Shown here: positions 27,433-35,679 of the stretch, piece by piece
How positions within the stretch are numbered: position 1 is the first letter of the stretch
How the letters are laid out: each line of letters begins with the position of its first letter
Assembly (NCBI GenBank): GCA_937910305.1
Contig: CALEPS010000188.1
Location: 1,095 to 65,094, forward strand
Source of the DNA: an uncultured Bacteroidales bacterium
Lineage (GTDB): Bacteria > Bacteroidota > Bacteroidia > Bacteroidales > Paludibacteraceae
Length of the DNA stretch: 64,000 bases
Direction of reading: 5' to 3'
Notes under the pieces: generated by a model
The model's input: the letters and a program-made list of their open reading frames with translations, nothing else
Databases searched by the model: none
Told to the model about the DNA's origin: nothing
Program-made: the position numbers and the translations under genes

Positions 27433-28584
27433 CTATAATGCGGCGACCGGCACAACTGTGTACGTGTAGTTCCTATTGGAGTTGGACACGTACGCTGACG
27501 GAATCGCCACATAGTACGCGACGTTGGCATTGTACTGCTGGCACGTCCAGGAGCCGCCCGTCGGCAGAGTGCTGCGGTGAGATGCGTACAGCAGTGTATT
27601 GATCTGCGAATAATACACGTACATCATCAATAAGTGATTAGTTGTGGGTAGTGTATATTGCCGTTCATCGCCTTCGTATGCCTTGTAATCCCACGCAAAT
27701 TCGGCTGCAGGCGCACCGGTGATATTATTTGCGGTGCGCGGCACTTGAAATCTGCGAACATATTGCACTCCATCCCAATAATACGACTGGTCAGTGGAGC
27801 TATCGGTTTCGTCATTTGTTACTATATACACCTGTTGATCATACATGAGATGTATTCCGCTTGCTTCCATCTCTGCCTTGGATGCAAACCGTACACATCC
27901 ATACTTACTGTAATCCTTATCCATGTCGGATGGGTCATAGTTCGTATGCGGCAACTTCTCCGGATTATAGAATAGTAAGATTCGGCGAGTATTCTCGTAC
28001 GACTCGAATATAAGAGAATTCTGAAGCACATCCAAAAACGAACCGACAGACTGCGCGTATAATCCGGGGACCAAATCAGTTGTATTAGCCCATTGCTTGG
28101 CTGTATATGCAGTACCTGCGACCAAAGGCACACCTATTACGAATGACTGATAGGGTGTGATAATTGCCGGCTGGGCTGGTTCCGGAGTGGTACCATGCTC
28201 ATCGATGTATTGTTGCCACTCGCCGGCTGAATAGTGAGTGCCGGATTTGCCAAGCAGGCACACCTCATACGAATGCGTGCCTATCGTGCTGACCAACTGT
28301 GCAAACTCAGCAAGCGTCGTGTCGTCCGTAACGGTAGCACCGGCATTGCGTAGAGCAGTGGCAATGGCGTTAATAGAGTTAAGGACGGCCTCCACTTTAG
28401 CTGTGGCGGTGGTGCCGATGACCTCACGATTACACTCATCGAGGGTTTCTTTAACCTGCGTCATCAGGTTTGAATTGTCAATGTTAGTGGTTACCCACGC
28501 CTTCATTGCTTGCCAGCAGCGGGTCATCATCTCATCCAACTGTTCACCTGTCACTACATTTACTATAGGATTTTCGTTTGCCAT
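27433..28584 (-). CDS. DGR variable target protein (probable receptor-binding / tail-fibre protein with C-terminal CLec-type variable domain)
   Basis: The C-terminus STLPTGGSWTCQQYNANVAYYVAIPSAYVSNSNRNYTYTVVPVAAL corresponds to the TR-encoded STLPTGNSWTCQQNNANNAYYVAIPSANVNNNNKNNTYTVVPVAE. Confidence 0.85.
   Translation of the reverse strand: MANENPIVNVVTGEQLDEMMTRCWQAMKAWVTTNIDNSNLMTQVKETLDECNREVIGTTATAKVEAVLNSINAIATALRNAGATVTDDTTLAEFAQLVSTIGTHSYEVCLLGKSGTHYSAGEWQQYIDEHGTTPEPAQPAIITPYQSFVIGVPLVAGTAYTAKQWANTTDLVPGLYAQSVGSFLDVLQNSLIFESYENTRRILLFYNPEKLPHTNYDPSDMDKDYSKYGCVRFASKAEMEASGIHLMYDQQVYIVTNDETDSSTDQSYYWDGVQYVRRFQVPRTANNITGAPAAEFAWDYKAYEGDERQYTLPTTNHLLMMYVYYSQINTLLYASHRSTLPTGGSWTCQQYNANVAYYVAIPSAYVSNSNRNYTYTVVPVAAL
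27441..27578 (-). repeat. DGR variable repeat (VR), 138 bp
   Basis: See the TR entry. VR occupies the last 46 codons of the 27433..28584 gene and ends 5 nt before its stop codon. Confidence 0.9.
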
Positions 28585-28586
28585 AA

Positions 28587-28832
28587 TTATGAATTGATTA
28601 CATGGTTAATAATAGTTTCTACTTGGTCATTGGTAAGTGGAATTGCCGGTACTGATTGCACAGCCGTCAGTATCTCCTGCGAGGTGCTCTCTTGGGCTAC
28701 AGTCGTGTCCAGTTTCTCCTCCACCGGCGTGAGGTCGATTTTAATGGCGGAGAACTTATTACTCAGCCATCTGCGGAAGAGGTGCAGAGTATAACTCCAC
28801 CTTCTATATGTCAGTATCTTTGCCATAGGCAA
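28587..28832 (-). CDS. hypothetical protein
   Basis: An 81-aa ORF tightly packed between structural-region genes. Confidence 0.4.
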   Translation of the reverse strand: MPMAKILTYRRWSYTLHLFRRWLSNKFSAIKIDLTPVEEKLDTTVAQESTSQEILTAVQSVPAIPLTNDQVETIINHVINS

Positions 28833-28838
28833 TTAGTA

Positions 28839-29660
28839 TTAACTAAAATAAGAGTTGGTGTCTGTTACCATAAAGTAGTCCGGATAATCTTGCGGTTGCA
28901 TTGTACCTTGCTCGGTTTGTATCTCCGCAGATAGTCTGTATCCGCAGAATGTCTCCAAATAGAAGTATATCATGCCCGATTCGCTCACATATGTATAATT
29001 ACATACTGCTGTGACTATATTAGGCCTACCACCTGTGGCGATTGCTATTTGACACGGAACTAACTTGCCGGGCATATGTGAACTAATGAAATTCTCTATA
29101 GCATTCTTTACTGTCGTGCTCTCATTGATAATAAAGTTATCTTGTGACTTTTCGAGTGGGAACGTAATATACTCATTTCCCATCTTCTCCATCAACTTAT
29201 TATTCATATAAGCATATCCCTCTTCTCGCAAATCGAAGACTGCACCGCTTGTGATAGCCTCCAAACTATCTTCTCTAATAGTGTCTGTCACGATTGGAAT
29301 CACACTTTTCCATTCGCTCCAATCGGAGTATGGGTCTGTATGATTCTCGTCATTGAACCTTCGTGAGCGTATAAACATACCGCTCTCGTCAATGGTGCAT
29401 TGCTCTACTACGTAACGTATGACATGTGTTACCGGATGTCTTAAAGTAAGATGACGCACTAACAGGAAATGGTTCGTCTCGATAGTAGTTCCTTCTTTCT
29501 TATACAACACCTGATGAATACCTGCGACAAGGATAGTGCCGATAATGTCGCTATTTCTGAAACTCGCTTCGTTATCGGTATATTTCTCTACTACGTTACC
29601 ACCGGACGGTAAGTTGACGTATTCTCCGTCACGTGTTATAAAACCTTTGATTTCTCTCAT
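28839..29660 (-). CDS. hypothetical virion/tail-region protein
   Basis: ORF with preferred start MREIKGFITRDGEYVNLPSGG at ATG 29660, which avoids overlap with the upstream gene. I recognised no motif. Confidence 0.45.
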   Translation of the reverse strand: MREIKGFITRDGEYVNLPSGGNVVEKYTDNEASFRNSDIIGTILVAGIHQVLYKKEGTTIETNHFLLVRHLTLRHPVTHVIRYVVEQCTIDESGMFIRSRRFNDENHTDPYSDWSEWKSVIPIVTDTIREDSLEAITSGAVFDLREEGYAYMNNKLMEKMGNEYITFPLEKSQDNFIINESTTVKNAIENFISSHMPGKLVPCQIAIATGGRPNIVTAVCNYTYVSESGMIYFYLETFCGYRLSAEIQTEQGTMQPQDYPDYFMVTDTNSYFS

Positions 29661-29679
29661 AATATATCGTTTTAATATG

Positions 29680-30009
29680 TTAATCACACATAAAATGCGC
29701 ATACCCGAATATGTCCACATCTATATTGAGAGGAATGTAGCCATCTTCGTCGATGTCCATAGAAGGAAGCCATATGTATTCTTCGTCCCATGTCTCTCCG
29801 TCGAACATCTGCTCTACTTCTCGCGGAGTAGGTTCTTCTATTTGGATATTTAACGCGGCTGCAATGAACTTATCCCGTGCTTCTTTCAGTTCTTTAATCA
29901 ACTCTTTATATTTGGTGATTAGAAGATCCAATTTGCTCGGCTTGATGTCTTGCGTATTGCAGCCGCAAGGCTGCCTGTTCGGGCCCTTATGGGTGATGTT
30001 ATGACTCAT
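29680..30009 (-). CDS. hypothetical protein
   Basis: A 109-aa ORF in the gene string. Confidence 0.4.
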   Translation of the reverse strand: MSHNITHKGPNRQPCGCNTQDIKPSKLDLLITKYKELIKELKEARDKFIAAALNIQIEEPTPREVEQMFDGETWDEEYIWLPSMDIDEDGYIPLNIDVDIFGYAHFMCD

Positions 30010-30011
30010 AA

Positions 30012-30749
30012 TCAGAATATTCTTGGAATACGATTAACGATTTGCGGACCGTTGAGGATGTTGCAGCGGTGACGGATCTGCTCCATACACTCGTTCCACT
30101 CGTTCAGATACCGAGGCGCTTCGTCCGGGTAGGAATAGGTCAGCCATTTATAGATAATACGTGCCACCAGTGCCTCGAAGATAGCGGTGTCTAACGGCTC
30201 GACTGCATTGATATTGGAGCCGCAGTATTTCCAGTTCAAACCGTAGTGGATAGAATCACGGTAGTCCTCCGTCGGCACTAACTTGCCCGCAAAATCATCA
30301 GAACTGCCGTCCTCGATAGCCATATAGAGTTCGCCGTTATACTCCACATACTGTCCGGCATGGAAAACTACCGGCGGATCCGGCAACTCGGGAATATCCG
30401 TAAAGACTGCTGTCTCCTTCCCCTCGCGCCAGAACAGCGCTTTCTCGCGTTTCGGCATATAGGTATGCAGCACGTCGAACACATCACTCATCGCGGCCTT
30501 AGCAAACGGTACGAACAAGTCTTCCTCGTCCTCCGTCATGGCGATCAGGTCTAACAGGTGCTGCGCTTCCTCCGTCCGGCGCAACTTGCCCAGATACGAA
30601 GACCGTTTCTTTACCTCCTCGCGCAGCACCGCCAGCTTGTACCACAGATGTAATATCTCAAACGCTTCACCGCCGCACAGTAGATTGCACCACGGCGTGC
30701 GGTACGCCACGGCAGGCACGGAACAGTTACATTGGCAAATCTCTTTCAT
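30012..30749 (-). CDS. hypothetical head-completion/connector-region protein
   Basis: A 245-aa ORF located between the capsid genes and the tail-fibre region. The call rests on position only. Confidence 0.4.
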   Translation of the reverse strand: MKEICQCNCSVPAVAYRTPWCNLLCGGEAFEILHLWYKLAVLREEVKKRSSYLGKLRRTEEAQHLLDLIAMTEDEEDLFVPFAKAAMSDVFDVLHTYMPKREKALFWREGKETAVFTDIPELPDPPVVFHAGQYVEYNGELYMAIEDGSSDDFAGKLVPTEDYRDSIHYGLNWKYCGSNINAVEPLDTAIFEALVARIIYKWLTYSYPDEAPRYLNEWNECMEQIRHRCNILNGPQIVNRIPRIF

Positions 30750-30757
30750 AGCTGCAC

Positions 30758-31456
30758 TTATTTAAGTATTGCTTGAATCTTGGACTGCAGTTCGTTCTCG
30801 CAGACCTTTGCACCGTTGAAATCACCCAGAATGTTGGACACCATCCGCGCACACTCCAGTACAATCAAGTCCTCTATCGGACTCATTATATGGTTTGCTG
30901 TGTCGTTTCCGGCTGTTTTCTCTGTATTGATATAGAGCAATACAAACTCCTTTGAGACCTCCGACGGATCGAAATCCAAATCCATCTTTGGTTTGAACGA
31001 GTATATCTCCATCTGCCCTGCATTAGTCCCGTCATGGAAACTTGCCAATACTGCTACCGGCTTTGCCAGTCCGCCGCGTACATCCTCGTTCTGCTGTACC
31101 AGGTATAACGGGTCCTCGCTTGTGATAAACGCCGTGATGTCGCGTTTCAATGCAGTGTGACGGAAACGGACATAGCGGTAGTTGGCATGGATGCCGGTGA
31201 TGACACCTACTCCGTTTACGTCCACCGAGAAACCGTCCGTCTTGCGCTCTATGTCGGCATGGAGCAGCGATAACGGCAACGACCGCAAGCAGTTCCGCGC
31301 CGCCTCGTCCAGATTCTTCTCGATATAGGAGATTATCGGCTTGACGCTATTGATAGCCGTGTCACCGGCTGCAATGAAACTTGCCGGTTCCTCAAACGGA
31401 CTGATCTCCTCCAACTTGACCTTGACGGCTTCTATGTATTCCTCTCGGGTCTTCAT
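30758..31456 (-). CDS. hypothetical structural-region protein
   Basis: A 232-aa ORF. The call rests on position only. Confidence 0.4.
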   Translation of the reverse strand: MKTREEYIEAVKVKLEEISPFEEPASFIAAGDTAINSVKPIISYIEKNLDEAARNCLRSLPLSLLHADIERKTDGFSVDVNGVGVITGIHANYRYVRFRHTALKRDITAFITSEDPLYLVQQNEDVRGGLAKPVAVLASFHDGTNAGQMEIYSFKPKMDLDFDPSEVSKEFVLLYINTEKTAGNDTANHIMSPIEDLIVLECARMVSNILGDFNGAKVCENELQSKIQAILK

Positions 31457-31459
31457 CGC

Positions 31460-31840
31460 TTACAAATTAGGGAATGAGATATTCAGTTTCTCAGCAGCCT
31501 CTTTGATCGCAGCCTTGCCTTTCAGGATAGAAGCATCCATATCGTATTTTTCTACAAGAATAGCAATAGCTTGCTGTGAGCCTGTTACATCCGGATAAAC
31601 GGCTGCATACTCTTTCTCCTTTGCCGCCGCTTGTTTCTTTGCGGGTTCTTCCAACTCCGTGATAACCGTACCGAAATACGGATGCTTGCGGATAGCATTG
31701 GCTAATACAGGATCACCAATAGCCAACAGACCTACATCATTATACGGTTTATCACGCGGTACAAACTTGATTCGATAGATAGCACCATTGATGCGCATCG
31801 AAGTGGATAATCCGGGTATCTTAGAATAAAAAATTGCCAT
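31460..31840 (-). CDS. hypothetical protein downstream of the capsid gene
   Basis: A 126-aa ORF. The call rests on position only. Confidence 0.4.
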   Translation of the reverse strand: MAIFYSKIPGLSTSMRINGAIYRIKFVPRDKPYNDVGLLAIGDPVLANAIRKHPYFGTVITELEEPAKKQAAAKEKEYAAVYPDVTGSQQAIAILVEKYDMDASILKGKAAIKEAAEKLNISFPNL

Positions 31841-31870
31841 TGTTTATAATATTTATAGATTAAAAGCAAT

Positions 31871-31901
31871 GAGAGACGGCAGTTTAATACCACCGCCTCT
31901 C
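31871..31901 (-). terminator. hairpin after the major capsid gene (possible attenuator/terminator)
   Basis: GAGAGACGG ... CCGCCTCTC (9-bp stem with one mismatch, 13-nt loop), 23 nt after the capsid stop. In minus sense it is followed by ATTGCTTTTAAT. Confidence 0.35.
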
Positions 31902-31923
31902 TTCTTCAGAACTCTCTTGGTTG

Positions 31924-33330
31924 TTAAGGGGTCGGACGATTGCCGTCGTGGAAAATCCACAGGGCATGAGCCTTCGGGTACTTAACCACAGGAGCGGACA
32001 TCTCGCACCATACACGGCTATCGCCATCGTAAGTACCGGTCTTCTTCAACTCCAGTTTCGTCTCTTCCATCGAACGGAAGACGCGGCGCTCTACATACTG
32101 ACGGTCAAGAATCAATGCCCAGTTGCGATACAGGGTGCCGTTCTTGTCCATCTTGTCAAAGAGCGGGTGGTGATAGAAGCGGATCTTGTAACCCATCACA
32201 CCCATCTGAGAGAACTCATAGTTGAAGCCCTTGAACTCAGAGATAGTCACATTCTTGGTCACATCCTTGATACCCCAGATAGCCGGACCTACATTGCAAC
32301 CCATATAGCCGTAACGGGTATTGCTACCGCTGTTGCCGATATAGGTGTCGTTGAAGGCGGTCAGCAAGTCGGAGAACTCAAGGTCGCCCTTGTACAGATC
32401 GCATACGGTCGAACCGCCAAGCATCATCTGCTCAATGATACCGGAGCAGGTGCGTGTGTAGGTTTTCTCCGCAGGGTTGAAGGTATAGGACTTGACGGAG
32501 AACAGATACGATTTCTCGATATCCTCCATCAGCTGATGAACGATTACCTCATCCACATCGTCCTCTGTCCAGTTAACCTCTTTAGCGGACTGCTGGAAGA
32601 CAGCCGATACCTGAGACTGAACCATGAACTTCTGGATATACTGCTCATCCGGTTCCGGCAATGTGAACCACGGCGTGGTGCTTGCATCCTCTTCGGCAGC
32701 CGCATGTCCGAGGTTGGCGATGGTAGTGTTAGCTGCGATGGTCAACTCCTCGCCTGTCTTCGCGTTCAGGAACTGAACCGTAATGGTCGTTGCGTCTTTT
32801 ACCGCCACAACACGAGCGTTGAGGTTGACATGAGGAAGTTGGGCGAACACACCGTTCTTTACCTTGTAACCCGGAATACCGATGAACATAATCTGGTCGG
32901 TTGCGTCGAACACATAGGCATCCGCCACAGTAAGGTCTTGCGGTTTCGGAGTATTACGGTCAAGCGAATTACCGGGGAAGGTTTGAGCTGCATTTCCGGT
33001 TGCACCATCGGTCACACGGAGATCAACGCTCCAGTGTTTGAATACCGTTGAATTGGTCTTACGCGAACCCATGTCGCGCATCATTGCGTTGATAGGGGTC
33101 TGCGCCCAGCCCATCTTCACAATGTTCTCATCGCTTTCGTCACGGATGAGACCCGGAGCAATGGTTCGAGTAAGATCTTCACTCAATCCACGCCCTTCAT
33201 TGGCTTCTGTAGAGAATTTACCGGAGCCATGAATGCCCGCACCATCTGCCCCCTGAGCAGCGGTCTGAGCCATAGTTCCGCTACCAGGGTCTGTGCCCGG
33301 AGTAGCGGGATTAACATTTACTTCTGCCAT
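31924..33330 (-). CDS. major capsid protein (probable)
   Basis: A 468-aa ORF directly downstream of a scaffold-like acidic protein and followed by a hairpin. I could confirm no motif by eye. Confidence 0.55.
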   Translation of the reverse strand: MAEVNVNPATPGTDPGSGTMAQTAAQGADGAGIHGSGKFSTEANEGRGLSEDLTRTIAPGLIRDESDENIVKMGWAQTPINAMMRDMGSRKTNSTVFKHWSVDLRVTDGATGNAAQTFPGNSLDRNTPKPQDLTVADAYVFDATDQIMFIGIPGYKVKNGVFAQLPHVNLNARVVAVKDATTITVQFLNAKTGEELTIAANTTIANLGHAAAEEDASTTPWFTLPEPDEQYIQKFMVQSQVSAVFQQSAKEVNWTEDDVDEVIVHQLMEDIEKSYLFSVKSYTFNPAEKTYTRTCSGIIEQMMLGGSTVCDLYKGDLEFSDLLTAFNDTYIGNSGSNTRYGYMGCNVGPAIWGIKDVTKNVTISEFKGFNYEFSQMGVMGYKIRFYHHPLFDKMDKNGTLYRNWALILDRQYVERRVFRSMEETKLELKKTGTYDGDSRVWCEMSAPVVKYPKAHALWIFHDGNRPTP

Positions 33331-33360
33331 AGTTGTAATGATTTGTTTGTTAGATAATAA

Positions 33361-34092
33361 TTATAGATTTCTTGCCGCTGCTCCCCGCGATGCCATGCGG
33401 GCTAACGGGTTCTTTCCTTCGTTGTTTTGTGAGCCTGCTGCCGCCGAACCTCTGTTCACCAGACCGTCGGAAGCACCTGCGTTCTTCTTGCGCTTGGTAA
33501 CGATATTGGCGTTACGCTCCTGTACACGGGCAGCCTCAATATCTGCATCATAATTCACCATGCGCAGAAACGCACGGACCTGATCCTTGCATTGCTCAAT
33601 CGTCTCACACGGATTATTGAGCACTTCCTGAATCGCAGCCAATGCACCTTCCGGGTCGGCTATGTCATCCTCCTCACACACCGCCTCAAAAGCATCGGCA
33701 CGACGCTGGTTGAGTTCTTCTTGTGCCTGCTGCGATGCGGCCTCCTCGTCTTTTTTCTTCTTGCGGTCGGCATACTCCGCCAACTCGGGATGCTCGGAGT
33801 AGTTCTCGTCCGTCAGCGAGTGATCCAGAATGCCGGCAAAGATTTCACCGATAGCCGGATTCTCTTTTACGGCCTTAGCAAAATCCTCCGCCTCCGCCGC
33901 ATACTTCTTTACGGCTTCATGCTCAGTATCATAACCACTCATGGAGAGCGCATACAGCTCTTCATCGGTCTTGTCCTCGCCGTACTTGTTGCGCATGTTT
34001 TTTAGCCAAGTATTATGATTCGGCGTTTCAGGAGCAGCTGCAGCCTGCGTTGCCGCTTGCTGCGCTTCTAATTGTTCATTTTCTTTTGCCAT
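33361..34092 (-). CDS. scaffolding-like protein
   Basis: A 243-aa acidic, helical, A/E/Q-rich protein directly upstream of the capsid gene. Confidence 0.5.
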   Translation of the reverse strand: MAKENEQLEAQQAATQAAAAPETPNHNTWLKNMRNKYGEDKTDEELYALSMSGYDTEHEAVKKYAAEAEDFAKAVKENPAIGEIFAGILDHSLTDENYSEHPELAEYADRKKKKDEEAASQQAQEELNQRRADAFEAVCEEDDIADPEGALAAIQEVLNNPCETIEQCKDQVRAFLRMVNYDADIEAARVQERNANIVTKRKKNAGASDGLVNRGSAAAGSQNNEGKNPLARMASRGAAARNL

Positions 34093-34117
34093 AGTTGCAA
34101 CTATTTAACAGTTTTTC

Positions 34118-34167
34118 GGTTGCAAAATTACTATAACAAACAATATTTTGCAGGTCATTTTTTACAA
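34118..34167 (-). promoter_or_regulatory. conserved phage promoter element, copy A (TAATTTTG -7 box plus upstream TTGTAAAAAATGACCTGCAAAA)
   Basis: About 44 of 52 positions are identical to 59669-59718. The -7 box (CAAAATTA on + at 34123-34130) is about 30 nt upstream of ATG 34092. Confidence 0.55.
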
Positions 34168-34223
34168 AGATAGCATTTTTTTGCTAAATAATTTGGTGGA
34201 ATAGCGAAAAAATGCTATCTTTG
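34168..34223 (+). promoter_or_regulatory. rightward promoter (TTTG-N20-TATCTTTG) embraced by a 14-bp perfect inverted repeat
   Basis: TTTG at 34192-34195 and TATCTTTG at 34216-34223. The inverted repeat is AGATAGCATTTTTT (34168-34181) / AAAAAATGCTATCT (34207-34220). ATG 34232 is only 8 nt past the -7 box. Confidence 0.5.
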
Positions 34224-34231
34224 CAGCCGAT

Positions 34232-34642
34232 ATGGGATTGCAGATACTTATTCATGAGAGAAATATTGCGCTTCAAGACCTTCACAAGCGAATATTACAT
34301 TCTTCTGTTAACAAGAATTTGTTAACCACGGATATTATCGTATCTATCATTCTGGAAGAGAAAGCACCTCGGTTTTATATCACACCGCATCAGGCGGAAC
34401 TCCTTATTCGGAAATACCGTAATGACGGATGCCGATTCCCTAATGACAAAATAGGACCTCGGAGAGAAATGATTATTGATCTGAATGAAAACTATGAAAA
34501 ATTAGTCGCCCGGTTCCCGCATACTCCAAAGAAAACGATTTTCAAAATGCTGGTAGAACAACCGGCTAAGTCTTTCTATATGAGAGACTATCGCGTAAGA
34601 GATGTGATATTAAATTATAGAAGATATGCAAAAAGAAAATGA
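34232..34642 (+). CDS. hypothetical protein (first gene of the terminase-side block)
   Basis: A 136-aa basic ORF. Confidence 0.45.
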   Translation: MGLQILIHERNIALQDLHKRILHSSVNKNLLTTDIIVSIILEEKAPRFYITPHQAELLIRKYRNDGCRFPNDKIGPRREMIIDLNENYEKLVARFPHTPKKTIFKMLVEQPAKSFYMRDYRVRDVILNYRRYAKRK

Positions 34643-35342
34643 AAAACTGCCGGAAGGTAATTTGCGCTATGTGGCGCAAAAACTGAAAGAACGGCTCGAA
34701 AAAGAACTGCCGGTGATGCGCCGTGACTTGGAATCGCTTAGGCAGATACAGCAAGGATTACTTCCATTAGCGGTGCATAATATCTCATTATACGTTAATG
34801 AGCGAATCTATCTGTTCATCGAACCTGTGCTCCGGACATACAAAGAAGCACTACCAAAACAAAAACGCAAGTTCGGCATCATACCATTGGAACGCACCGA
34901 GGATGAGAAACAGATGCTTAAACGCATCGCGTTCCTTGAAGACCTTGTGCGCAAGGAGCATATGTTATACAATCAACAATTGGCGCAAGCGAAAAGGGAC
35001 ATCAAAGACGAGAAGAAAAAGTATAAAGCCGATCAAGAAGCCGCAGCTAAAGAAGGGAAAACCATCCCTCCTATGAACATTCCGTCGCTTCAGGAACGTA
35101 TCGAGTTCTTCAAACACATCGAGATAGATATGTACGACTTTATCTTTCCGCTCATTACGCTGGAGGGACGAGGAGTGCTTGAACCTAACGAACGGTACTA
35201 CGACGAAATAAACCACATGCGCGAAATAGCGATCTCCATCCTCGAAGAGTTTATACCCAAACGAGAAAAAGCATTAGAGACTGCGATCCAAGTGCTCAAC
35301 TCGCAAAACGAATTACCCGATGAACAAACGCAAAATCAATAA
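34626..35342 (+). CDS. hypothetical protein
   Basis: A 238-aa K/E-rich ORF overlapping the previous stop. Confidence 0.45.
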   Translation: MQKENEKLPEGNLRYVAQKLKERLEKELPVMRRDLESLRQIQQGLLPLAVHNISLYVNERIYLFIEPVLRTYKEALPKQKRKFGIIPLERTEDEKQMLKRIAFLEDLVRKEHMLYNQQLAQAKRDIKDEKKKYKADQEAAAKEGKTIPPMNIPSLQERIEFFKHIEIDMYDFIFPLITLEGRGVLEPNERYYDEINHMREIAISILEEFIPKREKALETAIQVLNSQNELPDEQTQNQ

Positions 35343-35676
35343 AATCCGCGAAGCATGGCTACTGCTGCGCTCTGTCCGTAATAATGCTACCGACGGGTTC
35401 TCCGAATGCAAAGCCATCAGATGGGTAGCACGCTATCACTGTCTCGTAGAAGAATGCGGATGGGACATACGATGGCGTTTCCAGAAACCGGCTTCCCGTG
35501 AGGATTTCATTGCCGTATGCGACCAATGCCTTTTGGAAATAGATTGGGTGTGGAAAATGGATTACCTTGACCGCAAATCACATCATCAACTCTGTCGTAG
35601 CACGCTTCTTCGACTGCGGGCTATCGCGCGGTGTATGCCGCTCCTTTGGTTTGTCGTGTTCCGGCTGCACCTATAA
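35320..35676 (+). CDS. hypothetical protein
   Basis: A 118-aa ORF directly upstream of the large terminase gene. A small-terminase role is possible by position only. Confidence 0.3.
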   Translation: MNKRKINKIREAWLLLRSVRNNATDGFSECKAIRWVARYHCLVEECGWDIRWRFQKPASREDFIAVCDQCLLEIDWVWKMDYLDRKSHHQLCRSTLLRLRAIARCMPLLWFVVFRLHL

Positions 35677-35679
35677 CCT

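Noticed and set aside
31921-33051. 376-aa + strand ORF opposite the capsid gene, and 367-aa + ORF (19971-21074) opposite the glycine-rich gene
   Set aside because: They are shadow ORFs of better-supported minus-strand genes that fit the operon packing. They have no start-region promoter and an implausible composition.
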